Shown piece by piece: positions 16,945 to 26,381 of a DNA stretch of 28,869 nucleotides. The stretch comes from Bacteroidota bacterium (GTDB lineage Bacteria; Bacteroidota; Bacteroidia; Bacteroidales; UBA932), in NCBI GenBank assembly GCA_009778375.1, contig WRJW01000221.1:1-28869 (forward strand). Direction: 5' to 3'. A model generated the notes under the pieces. It worked only from the letters and a program-made list of their open reading frames with translations. It did no database searches and was not told the DNA's origin. Made by a program: the position numbers and the translations under genes. The first letter of the stretch is position 1; each line of letters opens with the position of its first letter.

Positions 16945-18390
16945 ATGAAAAAAACAACCAAATATCTATACCTTTTCCTGGCTGTTGCGCTCCTCCTACC
17001 GGCTTGCGCTCCTCAGGAATTTAACAAATATGCGTTAGGCGATCACACCCGCATCACCGAGGATATGATCCGCTTTGATATGACTCGGGGCGTTGATGAA
17101 TGGACGTTCAATTACGCCATTACAGGCGTCGATCCCGTAAAAACGCCCTTTTCGTACGAAGTTCGTTTTGGCGACGGAAACGTCTCCAAAGAGCTGGCCG
17201 GACGCTACGAATACATCTCCCTTGCCGCCTCTTTCCACGTCGAATGTCTTATTTCGACCACCGACGGCAATATGTTTATCAAAACACAGCAAATCGTCCT
17301 GGAAAACGATAATCCCAAAGCCCTTATTGACGACCCCGCCAGTCTTCAATTTGCTTTGACCGGCGGAAAAGATAATCCGGAGGGTAAAGAGTGGAAAATT
17401 GGTCCATGGACCGCCATGCGCGATCCCGGAGACCGTACGGCCGTTTGGTGGGATGGTTACGCCCAAAGCGAGGCGATTTTGGACGATATCTTTACCTTTA
17501 TTCCCAACGGCGTCTTCCCCAATGGCGCCTTTACACACGACAACCATGGAGACTCCTTTATGAATCAAGCCTTAAATGGTCTCTTTCCGGAAGGAACCGA
17601 TCCCGATAATTCGTTTGTGACCTACTCGTATACGCCTCCGACTGACGCTACCTGGAAGATTACCGAACGAAACGGCACACAATACCTGACCATTTACAAA
17701 GGATTCTTAGGGTATCCTACCGATCCCAAAGAGTTAACAGAGGCTGAATATGAGGTATACAGCTATTCGCTTACCAGCATAAAACTCGTCTCTACGGTTT
17801 GGGAAGGATGGTGTTACGAATTGATCAACGATGCGCCTGCAGATCCCCTGACCGGAGAAGTATCCAAAACCTGGGTCATTGATGGCTACAATACCGTTGT
17901 GGCCGAAGCAAAAGCCGGCATTGACGCCGGTCCCATCAATGGGTTTATGGGCTTAGGCCCGCTTAATGAGTACGGACAGGGATGGTGGGCCGCCGGATCG
18001 GGCGATAAATCTTTTGACAACGTAGGATGGACCCTCTACGACTGGACGCTTACCTTTACCGCCGATCGCAAATTGATCATCACCACCGAGGGAGAAGGGT
18101 ACGGTCGAAAAGCATTCGACGGAGGCCCTTCGGGATTTAATTCGACCAAAATAGATGGCGACGACATGACTTTCCCCTACCACGGAGGCGAATATACTTA
18201 TACCCTGAATAAATCGGCAACGCCTTATCCCGTATTGACCCTTTCGGGTAATGCGTTCATGGGTTATTATTGTGGTACTCAGGTATATGAAATCATGTAT
18301 CTTTCCGAAACGGCAATGGCGATCGTGGTACACGATACGGCAGAGGGTCAGGATTGGGTCTTTGTTTATAAACCCAAAGGAGCAGAGTAG
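16945..18390 (+). CDS. Surface glycan-binding lipoprotein (SGBP-B position): PKD/Ig-like domain plus two homologous Trp-rich domains
   Basis: Lipobox LPAC, position directly after susD, PKD-like YEVRFGDG, and an internal duplication (LTG..K.W, WW, LT...F.GY, YE). Confidence 0.75.
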   Translation: MKKTTKYLYLFLAVALLLPACAPQEFNKYALGDHTRITEDMIRFDMTRGVDEWTFNYAITGVDPVKTPFSYEVRFGDGNVSKELAGRYEYISLAASFHVECLISTTDGNMFIKTQQIVLENDNPKALIDDPASLQFALTGGKDNPEGKEWKIGPWTAMRDPGDRTAVWWDGYAQSEAILDDIFTFIPNGVFPNGAFTHDNHGDSFMNQALNGLFPEGTDPDNSFVTYSYTPPTDATWKITERNGTQYLTIYKGFLGYPTDPKELTEAEYEVYSYSLTSIKLVSTVWEGWCYELINDAPADPLTGEVSKTWVIDGYNTVVAEAKAGIDAGPINGFMGLGPLNEYGQGWWAAGSGDKSFDNVGWTLYDWTLTFTADRKLIITTEGEGYGRKAFDGGPSGFNSTKIDGDDMTFPYHGGEYTYTLNKSATPYPVLTLSGNAFMGYYCGTQVYEIMYLSETAMAIVVHDTAEGQDWVFVYKPKGAE

Positions 18391-18398
18391 ACTGTTAG

Positions 18399-19496
18399 AT
18401 GAAGAACTCCTATTACCTGTTTCTGACATTGATCTTATTTTTGGGATGCGGTTCCTCCGACCCTTCTACGGAGGAGCCGCCCGTTCCCGCTGTCGAGGAT
18501 TACCTCTCTGTTCGTCCCGAAGCATGTACCTTCAAGCCCAACGAAACGAACCAAAATGTGGCCGTTACTGCCAATACCCGTTGGAGCGTCTCTTCCGATG
18601 CCGATTGGTGCGACTGCACCCCCCTGTCCGGCACTGCCGGAGGAGGATCTGTAACCATTACATCCACAGTTAATTATACAGGAAGTCCACGCACCGCCAC
18701 CTTGACCTTTACGGCAGGATCGATGAACAAAAATTGTATCGTCTTGCAGGAACCGACACCTGTTCCAGATTACGTTCCCGAGGGATACACCTTAGTTTGG
18801 CAAGACGAATTTGAGACCTCCTCCCGAATGCCGGACCCGAATAAATGGTGGTACGAAACGGGCAAGAGCGGTTGGGGCAACCACGAACTCCAAAATTACA
18901 TTTCCGGATCTACCGGAGGCGACACGTGCGCCTTAGTCTCTAAGGGAACCTTAAAGATTATAGCCAAAAAACGAGCCTCTGAGGTCATCTCGATCCGCAT
19001 GAATACGCGGGAGAGCTGGCGCTACGGCTATTTTGAGGCGCGTCTTAAACTTCCCTCCGGAAAGGGAACGTGGCCTGCCTTTTGGATGCTTCCCCAACAA
19101 TTTCAAAGTTGGCCCGACGACGGTGAAATAGATATTATGGAAGAGGTGGGTTTCCGGCCAAACTGGGTCTCCTCCTCTATCCACTGTAAGGCGTACTACC
19201 ACTCCATCGGTACCCAAAAAACGGCCGAAAGGTTTGTACCCACCGCCGAAACCGATTTCCACATCTATGCCGTAGAATGGACCGAAGACCACCTCTACGG
19301 ATGGGTCGATGGCGTACGTTATTTCTCTTTTTTGAACGATAAAACCGGTCGAAAAGAGACCTGGCCCTTTGACGCTCCTTTTTACCTCAAACTTAATCTC
19401 GCCTGGGGGGGAGATTGGGGGGGAGCCCAGGGTGTAGACGAAACAAAACTGCCTGCCACCTATGAAATAGATTACGTTCGCGTTTATCAAAAATAG
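18399..19496 (+). CDS. GH16 laminarinase-type endo-beta-1,3(4)-glucanase lipoprotein with an N-terminal BACON domain
   Basis: Lipobox FLGC, BACON pattern (NTRWSVSSDADW...RTATLTFTAG), VWQDEF, GWGNHELQ, WPAFWM, catalytic GEIDIMEEVG, IDYVRVYQ. Confidence 0.93.
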   Translation: MKNSYYLFLTLILFLGCGSSDPSTEEPPVPAVEDYLSVRPEACTFKPNETNQNVAVTANTRWSVSSDADWCDCTPLSGTAGGGSVTITSTVNYTGSPRTATLTFTAGSMNKNCIVLQEPTPVPDYVPEGYTLVWQDEFETSSRMPDPNKWWYETGKSGWGNHELQNYISGSTGGDTCALVSKGTLKIIAKKRASEVISIRMNTRESWRYGYFEARLKLPSGKGTWPAFWMLPQQFQSWPDDGEIDIMEEVGFRPNWVSSSIHCKAYYHSIGTQKTAERFVPTAETDFHIYAVEWTEDHLYGWVDGVRYFSFLNDKTGRKETWPFDAPFYLKLNLAWGGDWGGAQGVDETKLPATYEIDYVRVYQK

Positions 19497-19503
19497 TAAC
19501 TAA

Positions 19504-20790
19504 TTGAAAATAGGTATATATATAAACCTGCCTTTATGGGTAGCCCTCTTGTGTTCGTGCCATAAAAGCCCCCACGTCCCTGTGGTTGTTCCCATCGATC
19601 CGCTCGGGGAGGCTCCGGAAGAGGCCGTTAACTATACGTTCAAACAGGCGCGGAGCGTTAAACGGGGCGTCTGTTTTACGCTGCTCTACGCCTCCGACAC
19701 GGATGCTATCCACAGAGGAGTGAGTTGGCTCTATAACTGGGGAATTCAATATCCCTCCACCCTCGAAATGCTCCCTGATAACGCTTTCCTCGATTATGTT
19801 CCTATGGCATGGAACGGATCCTGGTCAGCCGACCAACTGCGCAGCCACAAATCCGCCCATCCCGAATGTACCTATCTTCTTACCTTTAATGAACCCAACC
19901 TTACCGATCAGGCCAACTTGACGCCGGATCAGGCTGCCCGACTGTGGCCCGATCTACGTGATGTAGCTCGGGAGTTAGACCTAAAGATCGTGGCTCCGGC
20001 CATGAACTACGGCACTTTAATTGGTTATGGCGATCCGATCCGTTGGTTGGATGATTTTTTTTCGTTGATTCCCCTTTCGGAGGTAGATGCCATTGCTATA
20101 CACTGCTATATGAATATCCCCGCTGCAGTGCGGTGGTACGTGGAGCGTTTTCGCAAATACGGCAAACCGATTTGGATGACCGAATTTTGTGCCTGGGAAG
20201 GATCCGCTGTGACCGTTGATGCGCAGCGCCGCTATATGTGCCAAGTCGTTAACTACTTTGAATCGGAACCCCTTATTGAGCGCTATGCCTGGTTTATGTA
20301 CGATGGCTTGCCCAATCGGTACCCCTATTATGCCCTGAGCAGCCCCGACGGCGTAACCGCTTTGGGGAGGCTCTACCTCAACCTCTCTTCCTGGGATCAG
20401 GAGTGTTGGTACAAAGTAAACGAAGTGGTTCCGGCAGCGCACTATTCCCAAACCGATCCAACGCTTCTATTGAGCCCCTTGTCCAACGGTGGAGGAATGG
20501 TCGAAATCTCCGATTTTTCTGCTCCTCAATGGGTAGAATACCAAGTCGATATTGGTGCGGATGCCCATTATTTGCTCACGCTCGACTATGGGGCATCGAC
20601 CTTTTCGCAATGTTATGTAACGCTCAATAACAGAGGACTAAAAACCTTGCTGCTCCCCGCAACGGGAGGCCCTGCACACCGATTGGCCTATCACGGAATA
20701 CTCGATCTGCCGGCCGGCCGGCACCACCTGCGCTTTACCATGTACGGAGGAAGCATCTCTATGAATTGGTGGAAATTAACACCTGAATAA
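19504..20790 (+). CDS. GH128-like beta-1,3-glucanase lipoprotein with a C-terminal CBM6-like module
   Basis: KRGV, WLYNWG, YVPMAW, acid/base FNEPN, AIHCY, nucleophile PIWMTEF, IERYAWF, and a C-terminal beta-sandwich (WVEYQVD...H.LRFT). TTG start. Confidence 0.8.
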   Translation: MKIGIYINLPLWVALLCSCHKSPHVPVVVPIDPLGEAPEEAVNYTFKQARSVKRGVCFTLLYASDTDAIHRGVSWLYNWGIQYPSTLEMLPDNAFLDYVPMAWNGSWSADQLRSHKSAHPECTYLLTFNEPNLTDQANLTPDQAARLWPDLRDVARELDLKIVAPAMNYGTLIGYGDPIRWLDDFFSLIPLSEVDAIAIHCYMNIPAAVRWYVERFRKYGKPIWMTEFCAWEGSAVTVDAQRRYMCQVVNYFESEPLIERYAWFMYDGLPNRYPYYALSSPDGVTALGRLYLNLSSWDQECWYKVNEVVPAAHYSQTDPTLLLSPLSNGGGMVEISDFSAPQWVEYQVDIGADAHYLLTLDYGASTFSQCYVTLNNRGLKTLLLPATGGPAHRLAYHGILDLPAGRHHLRFTMYGGSISMNWWKLTPE

Positions 20791-20814
20791 ATGAAAACAA
20801 CCTAAGATTACTGA

Positions 20815-23100
20815 ATGATGAAAAAACATATTTGGGGAGGGCTATGCCTCCTCGCATTAACCGCCTGCACCACCCAAAGAGATCCGGTGGAGGAGCTACT
20901 CAAACAAATGACCCTCGAAGAAAAGGTGGGACAAATGGCCCAAATCACCGTTGATGTGGTGGCCAAAGGCCCCAACCGTTATGTAAGCGACGAGCCCGTA
21001 TCCATTGATATGGAGTTATTGCGCAACGCCTTGGTAGATTATCACGTCGGATCCATCATCAATACCGCCAACAATCGGGCGCGCACCCCGGCTGTATGGG
21101 CAACCCTCCTCAACGACATCCAAACGATGGCTACCCAAGAGACTCGCCTGAAGATTCCCGTTTTGTACGGCATTGATGCGGTTCATGGAGTCACCTACGC
21201 TGCCGGAGCCACCATGTTCCCGCAGGAATTAGCCTTAGCAGCCACCTGGAACCCGGAATTAGCATACGCTATGGGCGAAATTACAGCCTACGAGACGCGC
21301 GCCTGCAATCTTCCCTGGAATTTTTCCCCCGTTTTGGATCTGGGGGCCGACCCGCGCTATGCCCGACTATGCGAAGGAATGGGCGAAGACCCCTATTTAG
21401 TCAGCCGGATGGGAGAACAAATCGTTAAGGGTTATGAAGGGCCCAATAACCAAATCTCAGATCCTTACCACGTCGCCTCCTGCATAAAACATTACTTAGG
21501 TTATGCCGTACCTGTATCGGGAAAAGACAGAACCCCCGCCTATATTCCCGACCATGTTCTACGCGAATACCACCTGCCCCCCTTTAAGGCCGCCCTCGAG
21601 GCCGGAGCGCACTCCCTGATGGTCAATTCGGGAATCATCAACGGAATCCCTGTCCACATCAGTTACGACATCCTCACTAAGTTGCTGCGGGAAGAGTTGG
21701 GCTTTACCGGCCTGATTGTGTCCGATTGGGGCGATATAGAAAACCTCGTCAACCGCGACAAGGTTGCCAAAGACAACAAAGAGGCGATAAAATTAGCCGT
21801 CAATGCAGGCATCGATATGTCGATGATCGCCTACAACTACGAACCTTTTTGCAACGATTTGATCGCCCTTGTTAAAGAGGGGGCCGTAAAAATGAGCCGT
21901 ATTGATGATGCCGTGCGCCATATTCTTACCCTAAAATTCCAACTGAACCTTTTTGAACAACCAACGGTCAACGTTGCCGATTATCCCAAATTCGGGAGTG
22001 ACGAACATGGACAAAAAGCATACGAAACGGCCGCCGAAGCCATTACCCTCTTAAAGAACACCAACGGAATCCTCCCCCTCCGTAAAAATGCAAAAGTATT
22101 CGTAACAGGTCCGGCCGCCCACTCCATGCGCCCCCTCAACGGTTGCTGGAGCTATTCGTGGCAGGGTCAGTTAGCCGACGAGTTTGCGGGTGACTATAAC
22201 ACCATTTTTGAAGCCATACAGGACAAAATCGGCCAAAACGCCACCTGGATCCCGGGGGTACGTTACGGTCAGGAGATGGATTACCGCGTCGAGTACAAAG
22301 AACGGTACGACGAAGCGCTGGCGGCTGCGCGTCGCGCAGAGTATATTGTATTATGTCTGGGAGAGAATTCGTATGCCGAAAAACCGGGCGATTTAGTCGA
22401 TTTGACCTTGAGTAAACTCCAATTGCAATATGCCAAAGATTTATTAAAAACAGGCAAACCAATAATTTTGGTGCTGGCCGAGGGGCGTCCCCGCATTATC
22501 CGCGAAATCGCCTCCGACATGCAGGCCATTCTGATGGCGTACTGGCCCGGAAACTACGGAGGAGACGCTTTGGCCGCCATTATCTTTGGCGAAGTGAATC
22601 CTTCGGGCAAACTCCCTATCACCTATCCAAGCGCTGTTAACTCGTTGGTAACTTACCTGCACAAACCCGCTGAAGAGCAGGCAAATTCAGCAGGTATGTA
22701 TAATTACGAAGGCGATTTTACGCCTGAGTTCCACTTTGGCTTCGGCTTAAGCTTTACCGATTTTGCCTATACCAATCTTTGTGTAAGTACGACCGAAATT
22801 TCCGGCAACGAACCCTTGGAAATCAAAGTAGACGTTACCAACACCGGGAATCTGCCGGGCAAAGAAGTTGTTCAACTCTATACCTCTGACTTGGTAGCAT
22901 CTATGACTCCTGACGTAAAACGCTTACGTCGTTTCGAAAAAATTATGCTGCAACCGGGAGAGACAAAAACCGTTACCTTCGTTATTGATGCGTCGGATTT
23001 AGCATTTGTAAATCTTAAGAACCAATGGATAACGGAACCCGGAACCTTTATGCTGAGAATAGGTAACACCTCTTTGACACATTTATTTTCTTACAAATAA
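20815..23100 (+). CDS. GH3 beta-glucosidase with GH3_C and Fn3-like domains, probable lipoprotein
   Basis: MTLEEKVGQM, GIDAVHG, GEDPYL, KHYLGY, nucleophile IVSDW, LLKN, SGKLPITYP, GKEVVQLY. Lipobox LTAC. Confidence 0.95.
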   Translation: MMKKHIWGGLCLLALTACTTQRDPVEELLKQMTLEEKVGQMAQITVDVVAKGPNRYVSDEPVSIDMELLRNALVDYHVGSIINTANNRARTPAVWATLLNDIQTMATQETRLKIPVLYGIDAVHGVTYAAGATMFPQELALAATWNPELAYAMGEITAYETRACNLPWNFSPVLDLGADPRYARLCEGMGEDPYLVSRMGEQIVKGYEGPNNQISDPYHVASCIKHYLGYAVPVSGKDRTPAYIPDHVLREYHLPPFKAALEAGAHSLMVNSGIINGIPVHISYDILTKLLREELGFTGLIVSDWGDIENLVNRDKVAKDNKEAIKLAVNAGIDMSMIAYNYEPFCNDLIALVKEGAVKMSRIDDAVRHILTLKFQLNLFEQPTVNVADYPKFGSDEHGQKAYETAAEAITLLKNTNGILPLRKNAKVFVTGPAAHSMRPLNGCWSYSWQGQLADEFAGDYNTIFEAIQDKIGQNATWIPGVRYGQEMDYRVEYKERYDEALAAARRAEYIVLCLGENSYAEKPGDLVDLTLSKLQLQYAKDLLKTGKPIILVLAEGRPRIIREIASDMQAILMAYWPGNYGGDALAAIIFGEVNPSGKLPITYPSAVNSLVTYLHKPAEEQANSAGMYNYEGDFTPEFHFGFGLSFTDFAYTNLCVSTTEISGNEPLEIKVDVTNTGNLPGKEVVQLYTSDLVASMTPDVKRLRRFEKIMLQPGETKTVTFVIDASDLAFVNLKNQWITEPGTFMLRIGNTSLTHLFSYK

Positions 23101-23110
23101 TCTAATCACT

Positions 23111-24334
23111 ATGCGAAAATATTTTTTTCTTCTGTTATGGGCAGGAATAGCGGCCTGTACTGTACCCTCCAAAACCAACGAATTTATCCGTGTACAAGGC
23201 ATGGACTTAGTACTCCCTTCCGGCGAAATTTTCTTTATTAGAGGCACCAACCTGGGGCATTGGTTAAATCCTGAAGGTTATCTCTTTCTGATTCGAAACA
23301 CCAATTCTGCCTACCGCCTCAACCAAGCCTTTTGCGAGATGGTGGGGCCCGATTTTGTTCGCGAATTTTGGAGACAATTCAAAGATAATTATATCACCCG
23401 GGACGACATTGAATATTTAGCCTCCACCGGTATCAACACCATAAGGCTACCTTTTCATTATAAGCTCTTTACAGATGAAGACTATTTAGGACTATCGTCC
23501 CGGCAAGACGGTTTCGCACGTATCGACGACGTAGTCAACTGGTGTCGAGAATTTGGCCTCTACCTCATTCTCGATATGCACGACGCCCCTTCGGGTCAAA
23601 CCGGAGACAATATTGACGACAGTTACGGCTATCCCTGGCTCTTTGAAAGCGAAGCCGCCCAACAACTCTTTATAGATATTTGGATACGTATTGCTGCACA
23701 TTATGCCAACGAACCGGTCATATTAGGCTACGATCTTATGAATGAACCTATTGCCCATTATTTTGACAATAAGGCTATTTTAAACACTGCCCTCGAACCC
23801 CTCTTCAAACGCACGGTGGCCGCCATTCGGGAAAAGGATAAAAACCATATTATGCTTTTAGCCGGCGCTCAATGGAACGGCACCTTTGAAGGAATATTTA
23901 CCGATTGGAGTTACGACAACAACCTCATGTTTACCTGTCACCGTTACGGCAATCCTCCTGTTGCAGACGGTATTAGGGATCTGATCAATTTTCGTGATAA
24001 AACCGGCCTACCCATGTATATGGGCGAAATAGGCGAAAACAGCGACGAATGGGTAGCGTCCATGCGTAAGACTCTGGAAGAAAACAACATTGGCTGGACG
24101 TTCTGGCCTTATAAGAAATTGGGAAATTCGCGCTCTTTTGTTCAGGTCCCCGTTCCCGAAAATTGGGACATTGTGGCCGAATTTGCCAATCATCCAAGAG
24201 ATAATTACCAAACCATTCGGGAAATACGTCCCGACATGAATACCACCAGAAAAGCGCTCAACGATTACCTTGAAAATTGTAAATTCAAAAACTGCATCAT
24301 CAATCAAGGTTATGTAGACGCCTTAACCAATTAG
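23111..24334 (+). CDS. GH5 glycoside hydrolase, possibly subfamily 46, probable lipoprotein
   Basis: RGTNLGHWLNPEGY, IRLPFHY, LDMHDAP, acid/base MNEP, CHRY, nucleophile YMGEIG, GWTFW. The subfamily is recalled from the N-terminal motif and is unverified. Confidence 0.85.
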   Translation: MRKYFFLLLWAGIAACTVPSKTNEFIRVQGMDLVLPSGEIFFIRGTNLGHWLNPEGYLFLIRNTNSAYRLNQAFCEMVGPDFVREFWRQFKDNYITRDDIEYLASTGINTIRLPFHYKLFTDEDYLGLSSRQDGFARIDDVVNWCREFGLYLILDMHDAPSGQTGDNIDDSYGYPWLFESEAAQQLFIDIWIRIAAHYANEPVILGYDLMNEPIAHYFDNKAILNTALEPLFKRTVAAIREKDKNHIMLLAGAQWNGTFEGIFTDWSYDNNLMFTCHRYGNPPVADGIRDLINFRDKTGLPMYMGEIGENSDEWVASMRKTLEENNIGWTFWPYKKLGNSRSFVQVPVPENWDIVAEFANHPRDNYQTIREIRPDMNTTRKALNDYLENCKFKNCIINQGYVDALTN

Positions 24335-24343
24335 ACGGAGCCA

Positions 24344-25816
24344 TTACCCCCGCTCCCAGCTCGCTCCCTCTTTGGTGTCTTTGATTTTAACCCCCAATGC
24401 CGTCAGTCGATCGCGTATTGCATCGCTGGCGGCATAATCTTTACGGACTTTGGCTTGATTGCGGGCTTCTAAAATCATTTCCATGAGGCCGTCTATGAGA
24501 TGGGAACCTGAATCTTCCTGCTCTTCGGAGGAGAGACCCAAAACGTCGGCAGGAATCTTTTCCAACAATATTGCCAAACGGTTTTGGTCTTGAGAATGAA
24601 TAGCTGCCTTTTTATCGGTTTGGGTATTTACCCAACGCACCACCTCAAAAAGGTGGGCCAAAGCCACGGGAGTATTCAGGTCATCGCTCAGGGCATCCAG
24701 TACGTTTTGCTCCCATTGGATCAGCTCCTGAGAGGGAGGCGCGTCAGCATCGACAACCAAGGCCCGCGCCGATTTGGCTGCTGCCTGAACTCTTTTCAAT
24801 CCTTTTTCGGCTGCCTGCAGGGCATCGTTGCTAAAATCAAGGGTGCTGCGGTAATGGGCCTGCAAAATAAAGAACCGTACACTCATAGGGCTATAGGCCT
24901 GCGCCAGTAAACGATGGTTGCCTGCAAACAACTCTTCTAAGGTGATAAAATTATCCAAGGATTTGCCCATTTTTTGGCCATTGTTGGTAATCATATTGTT
25001 ATGTAGCCAATAACGCACCGTCTCGTGCCCTTTGGCCGCTATGCTTTGGGCAATCTCACATTCGTGGTGGGGAAAAAGCAAATCCATTCCTCCTCCGTGA
25101 ATATCAAATGTTTCTCCCAAATATTTGATACTCATAGCAGAACACTCCAAATGCCAACCAGGAAATCCCTCGCTCCAGGGCGAAGGCCAGTGCATCGCAT
25201 GGTCGGGAGCGCCCTTTTTCCACAGGGCAAAATCAAAAGGATTGCGTTTGTCGCTCTGCCCCTCCAGGGCTCTTGTATTCGCCCTCAAATCGTCTAAAAT
25301 GCGTCCCGATAATCTTCCGTAGCGATGGTATTGGTGGTACTTTTCTACATCAAAATAGACCGATCCGTTTACCTGGTAGCCAAAGCCCTTTTCCAAAATC
25401 TCTTTTATCAATTCGATTTGTTCTATGATGTGCCCGGAGGCATGGGGCTCAATACTGGGTGGCAATACTTGCAATAAGCGCATAAAATCGTGGTAACGAT
25501 TGGTATAATACTGTACCACTTCCATAGGCTCCAATTGTTCGAGTTTGGCTCTTTTACCTACCTTATCCGCCCCCTCGTCCGCATCGCTTTCTAAATGCCC
25601 TACATCGGTAATATTCCGCACATAACGCACTTTAAAACCCCAATAACGCAAAAGCCGGAAGAGCAGATCAAAAGTGATGGCAGACCGGGCATGTCCCAAG
25701 TGGGGGTCGCCGTATACGGTGGGACCGCATACATACATCCCCACCATGGGCGGATGCAAGGGGATAAATAATTCCTTTTTTCTCGATAAAGTATTAAAAA
25801 GATAAATCGGTTGCAT
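24344..25816 (-). CDS. cysS: Cysteinyl-tRNA synthetase
   Basis: [12 protein letters not shown] (HIGH motif), [51 protein letters not shown]. Confidence 0.98.
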   Translation of the reverse strand: MQPIYLFNTLSRKKELFIPLHPPMVGMYVCGPTVYGDPHLGHARSAITFDLLFRLLRYWGFKVRYVRNITDVGHLESDADEGADKVGKRAKLEQLEPMEVVQYYTNRYHDFMRLLQVLPPSIEPHASGHIIEQIELIKEILEKGFGYQVNGSVYFDVEKYHQYHRYGRLSGRILDDLRANTRALEGQSDKRNPFDFALWKKGAPDHAMHWPSPWSEGFPGWHLECSAMSIKYLGETFDIHGGGMDLLFPHHECEIAQSIAAKGHETVRYWLHNNMITNNGQKMGKSLDNFITLEELFAGNHRLLAQAYSPMSVRFFILQAHYRSTLDFSNDALQAAEKGLKRVQAAAKSARALVVDADAPPSQELIQWEQNVLDALSDDLNTPVALAHLFEVVRWVNTQTDKKAAIHSQDQNRLAILLEKIPADVLGLSSEEQEDSGSHLIDGLMEMILEARNQAKVRKDYAASDAIRDRLTALGVKIKDTKEGASWERG

Positions 25817-25835
25817 AACGCTACACTTTAGCTTG

Positions 25836-25843
25836 CAAAGGTA
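25836..25843 (-). promoter_or_regulatory. -7 box TACCTTTG for cysS
   Basis: Consensus match on the minus strand 19 nt before the cysS ATG. Confidence 0.65.
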
Positions 25844-25855
25844 GCGATTTTTGGC

Positions 25856-26200
25856 TTAGTCAGATGCTTCTCCGTTCAATGGTTTTAAGGAAAAGGCAAG
25901 CACCTCGTAGGCATACTTGGTTTGTCCGTCCCTGCCTTCATAACTTTTGTTCTTAATTTTACCCTGTACGGCTACCCGTTTTCCTTTTTTTATTTCAGAA
26001 AATTCCGGCATTTCTTTGCCGCTCCATGCTACAACATTATGCCAGGTAGTCTCGTATTTCCACTCCCCGCTTCGCTCTTTATACCCCTCTTCGGTAGCTA
26101 CGGCCATCCTCAATACCTGACGGCCATCTTCAAAGGTGGTAATTTTGGGGTCGACGCCCACCGTACCCGTAATTTCGACCCGATTTACTGTTTTTTCCAT
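25856..26200 (-). CDS. ssb: Single-stranded DNA-binding protein (OB fold only, no acidic C-terminal tip)
   Basis: VNRVEITG.VG.DP, AT.E.YK...GEW..ETTWHNVVAW, KKG..V.V.GKI....Y. Confidence 0.9.
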   Translation of the reverse strand: MEKTVNRVEITGTVGVDPKITTFEDGRQVLRMAVATEEGYKERSGEWKYETTWHNVVAWSGKEMPEFSEIKKGKRVAVQGKIKNKSYEGRDGQTKYAYEVLAFSLKPLNGEASD

Positions 26201-26356
26201 GATGTGAAAGATTTATTGGTTTTTAAAATTTTTGACATGCAAAGTAGCTGCTTGTTTTTCAGATGATTCGTAAATGAAATATTTAAAATCGTATAAATCT
26301 GTTTATACACGGCTCTAAGGTGCGCCAAAAGCCGACCGGACTCCCAAAAATCGAAT

Positions 26357-26364
26357 TATTTTTG
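26357..26364 (+). promoter_or_regulatory. -7 box TATTTTTG for the Zn-finger gene
   Basis: Consensus match 17 nt before ATG 26382. Confidence 0.6.
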
Positions 26365-26381
26365 CAGAAAACTATAAAATT

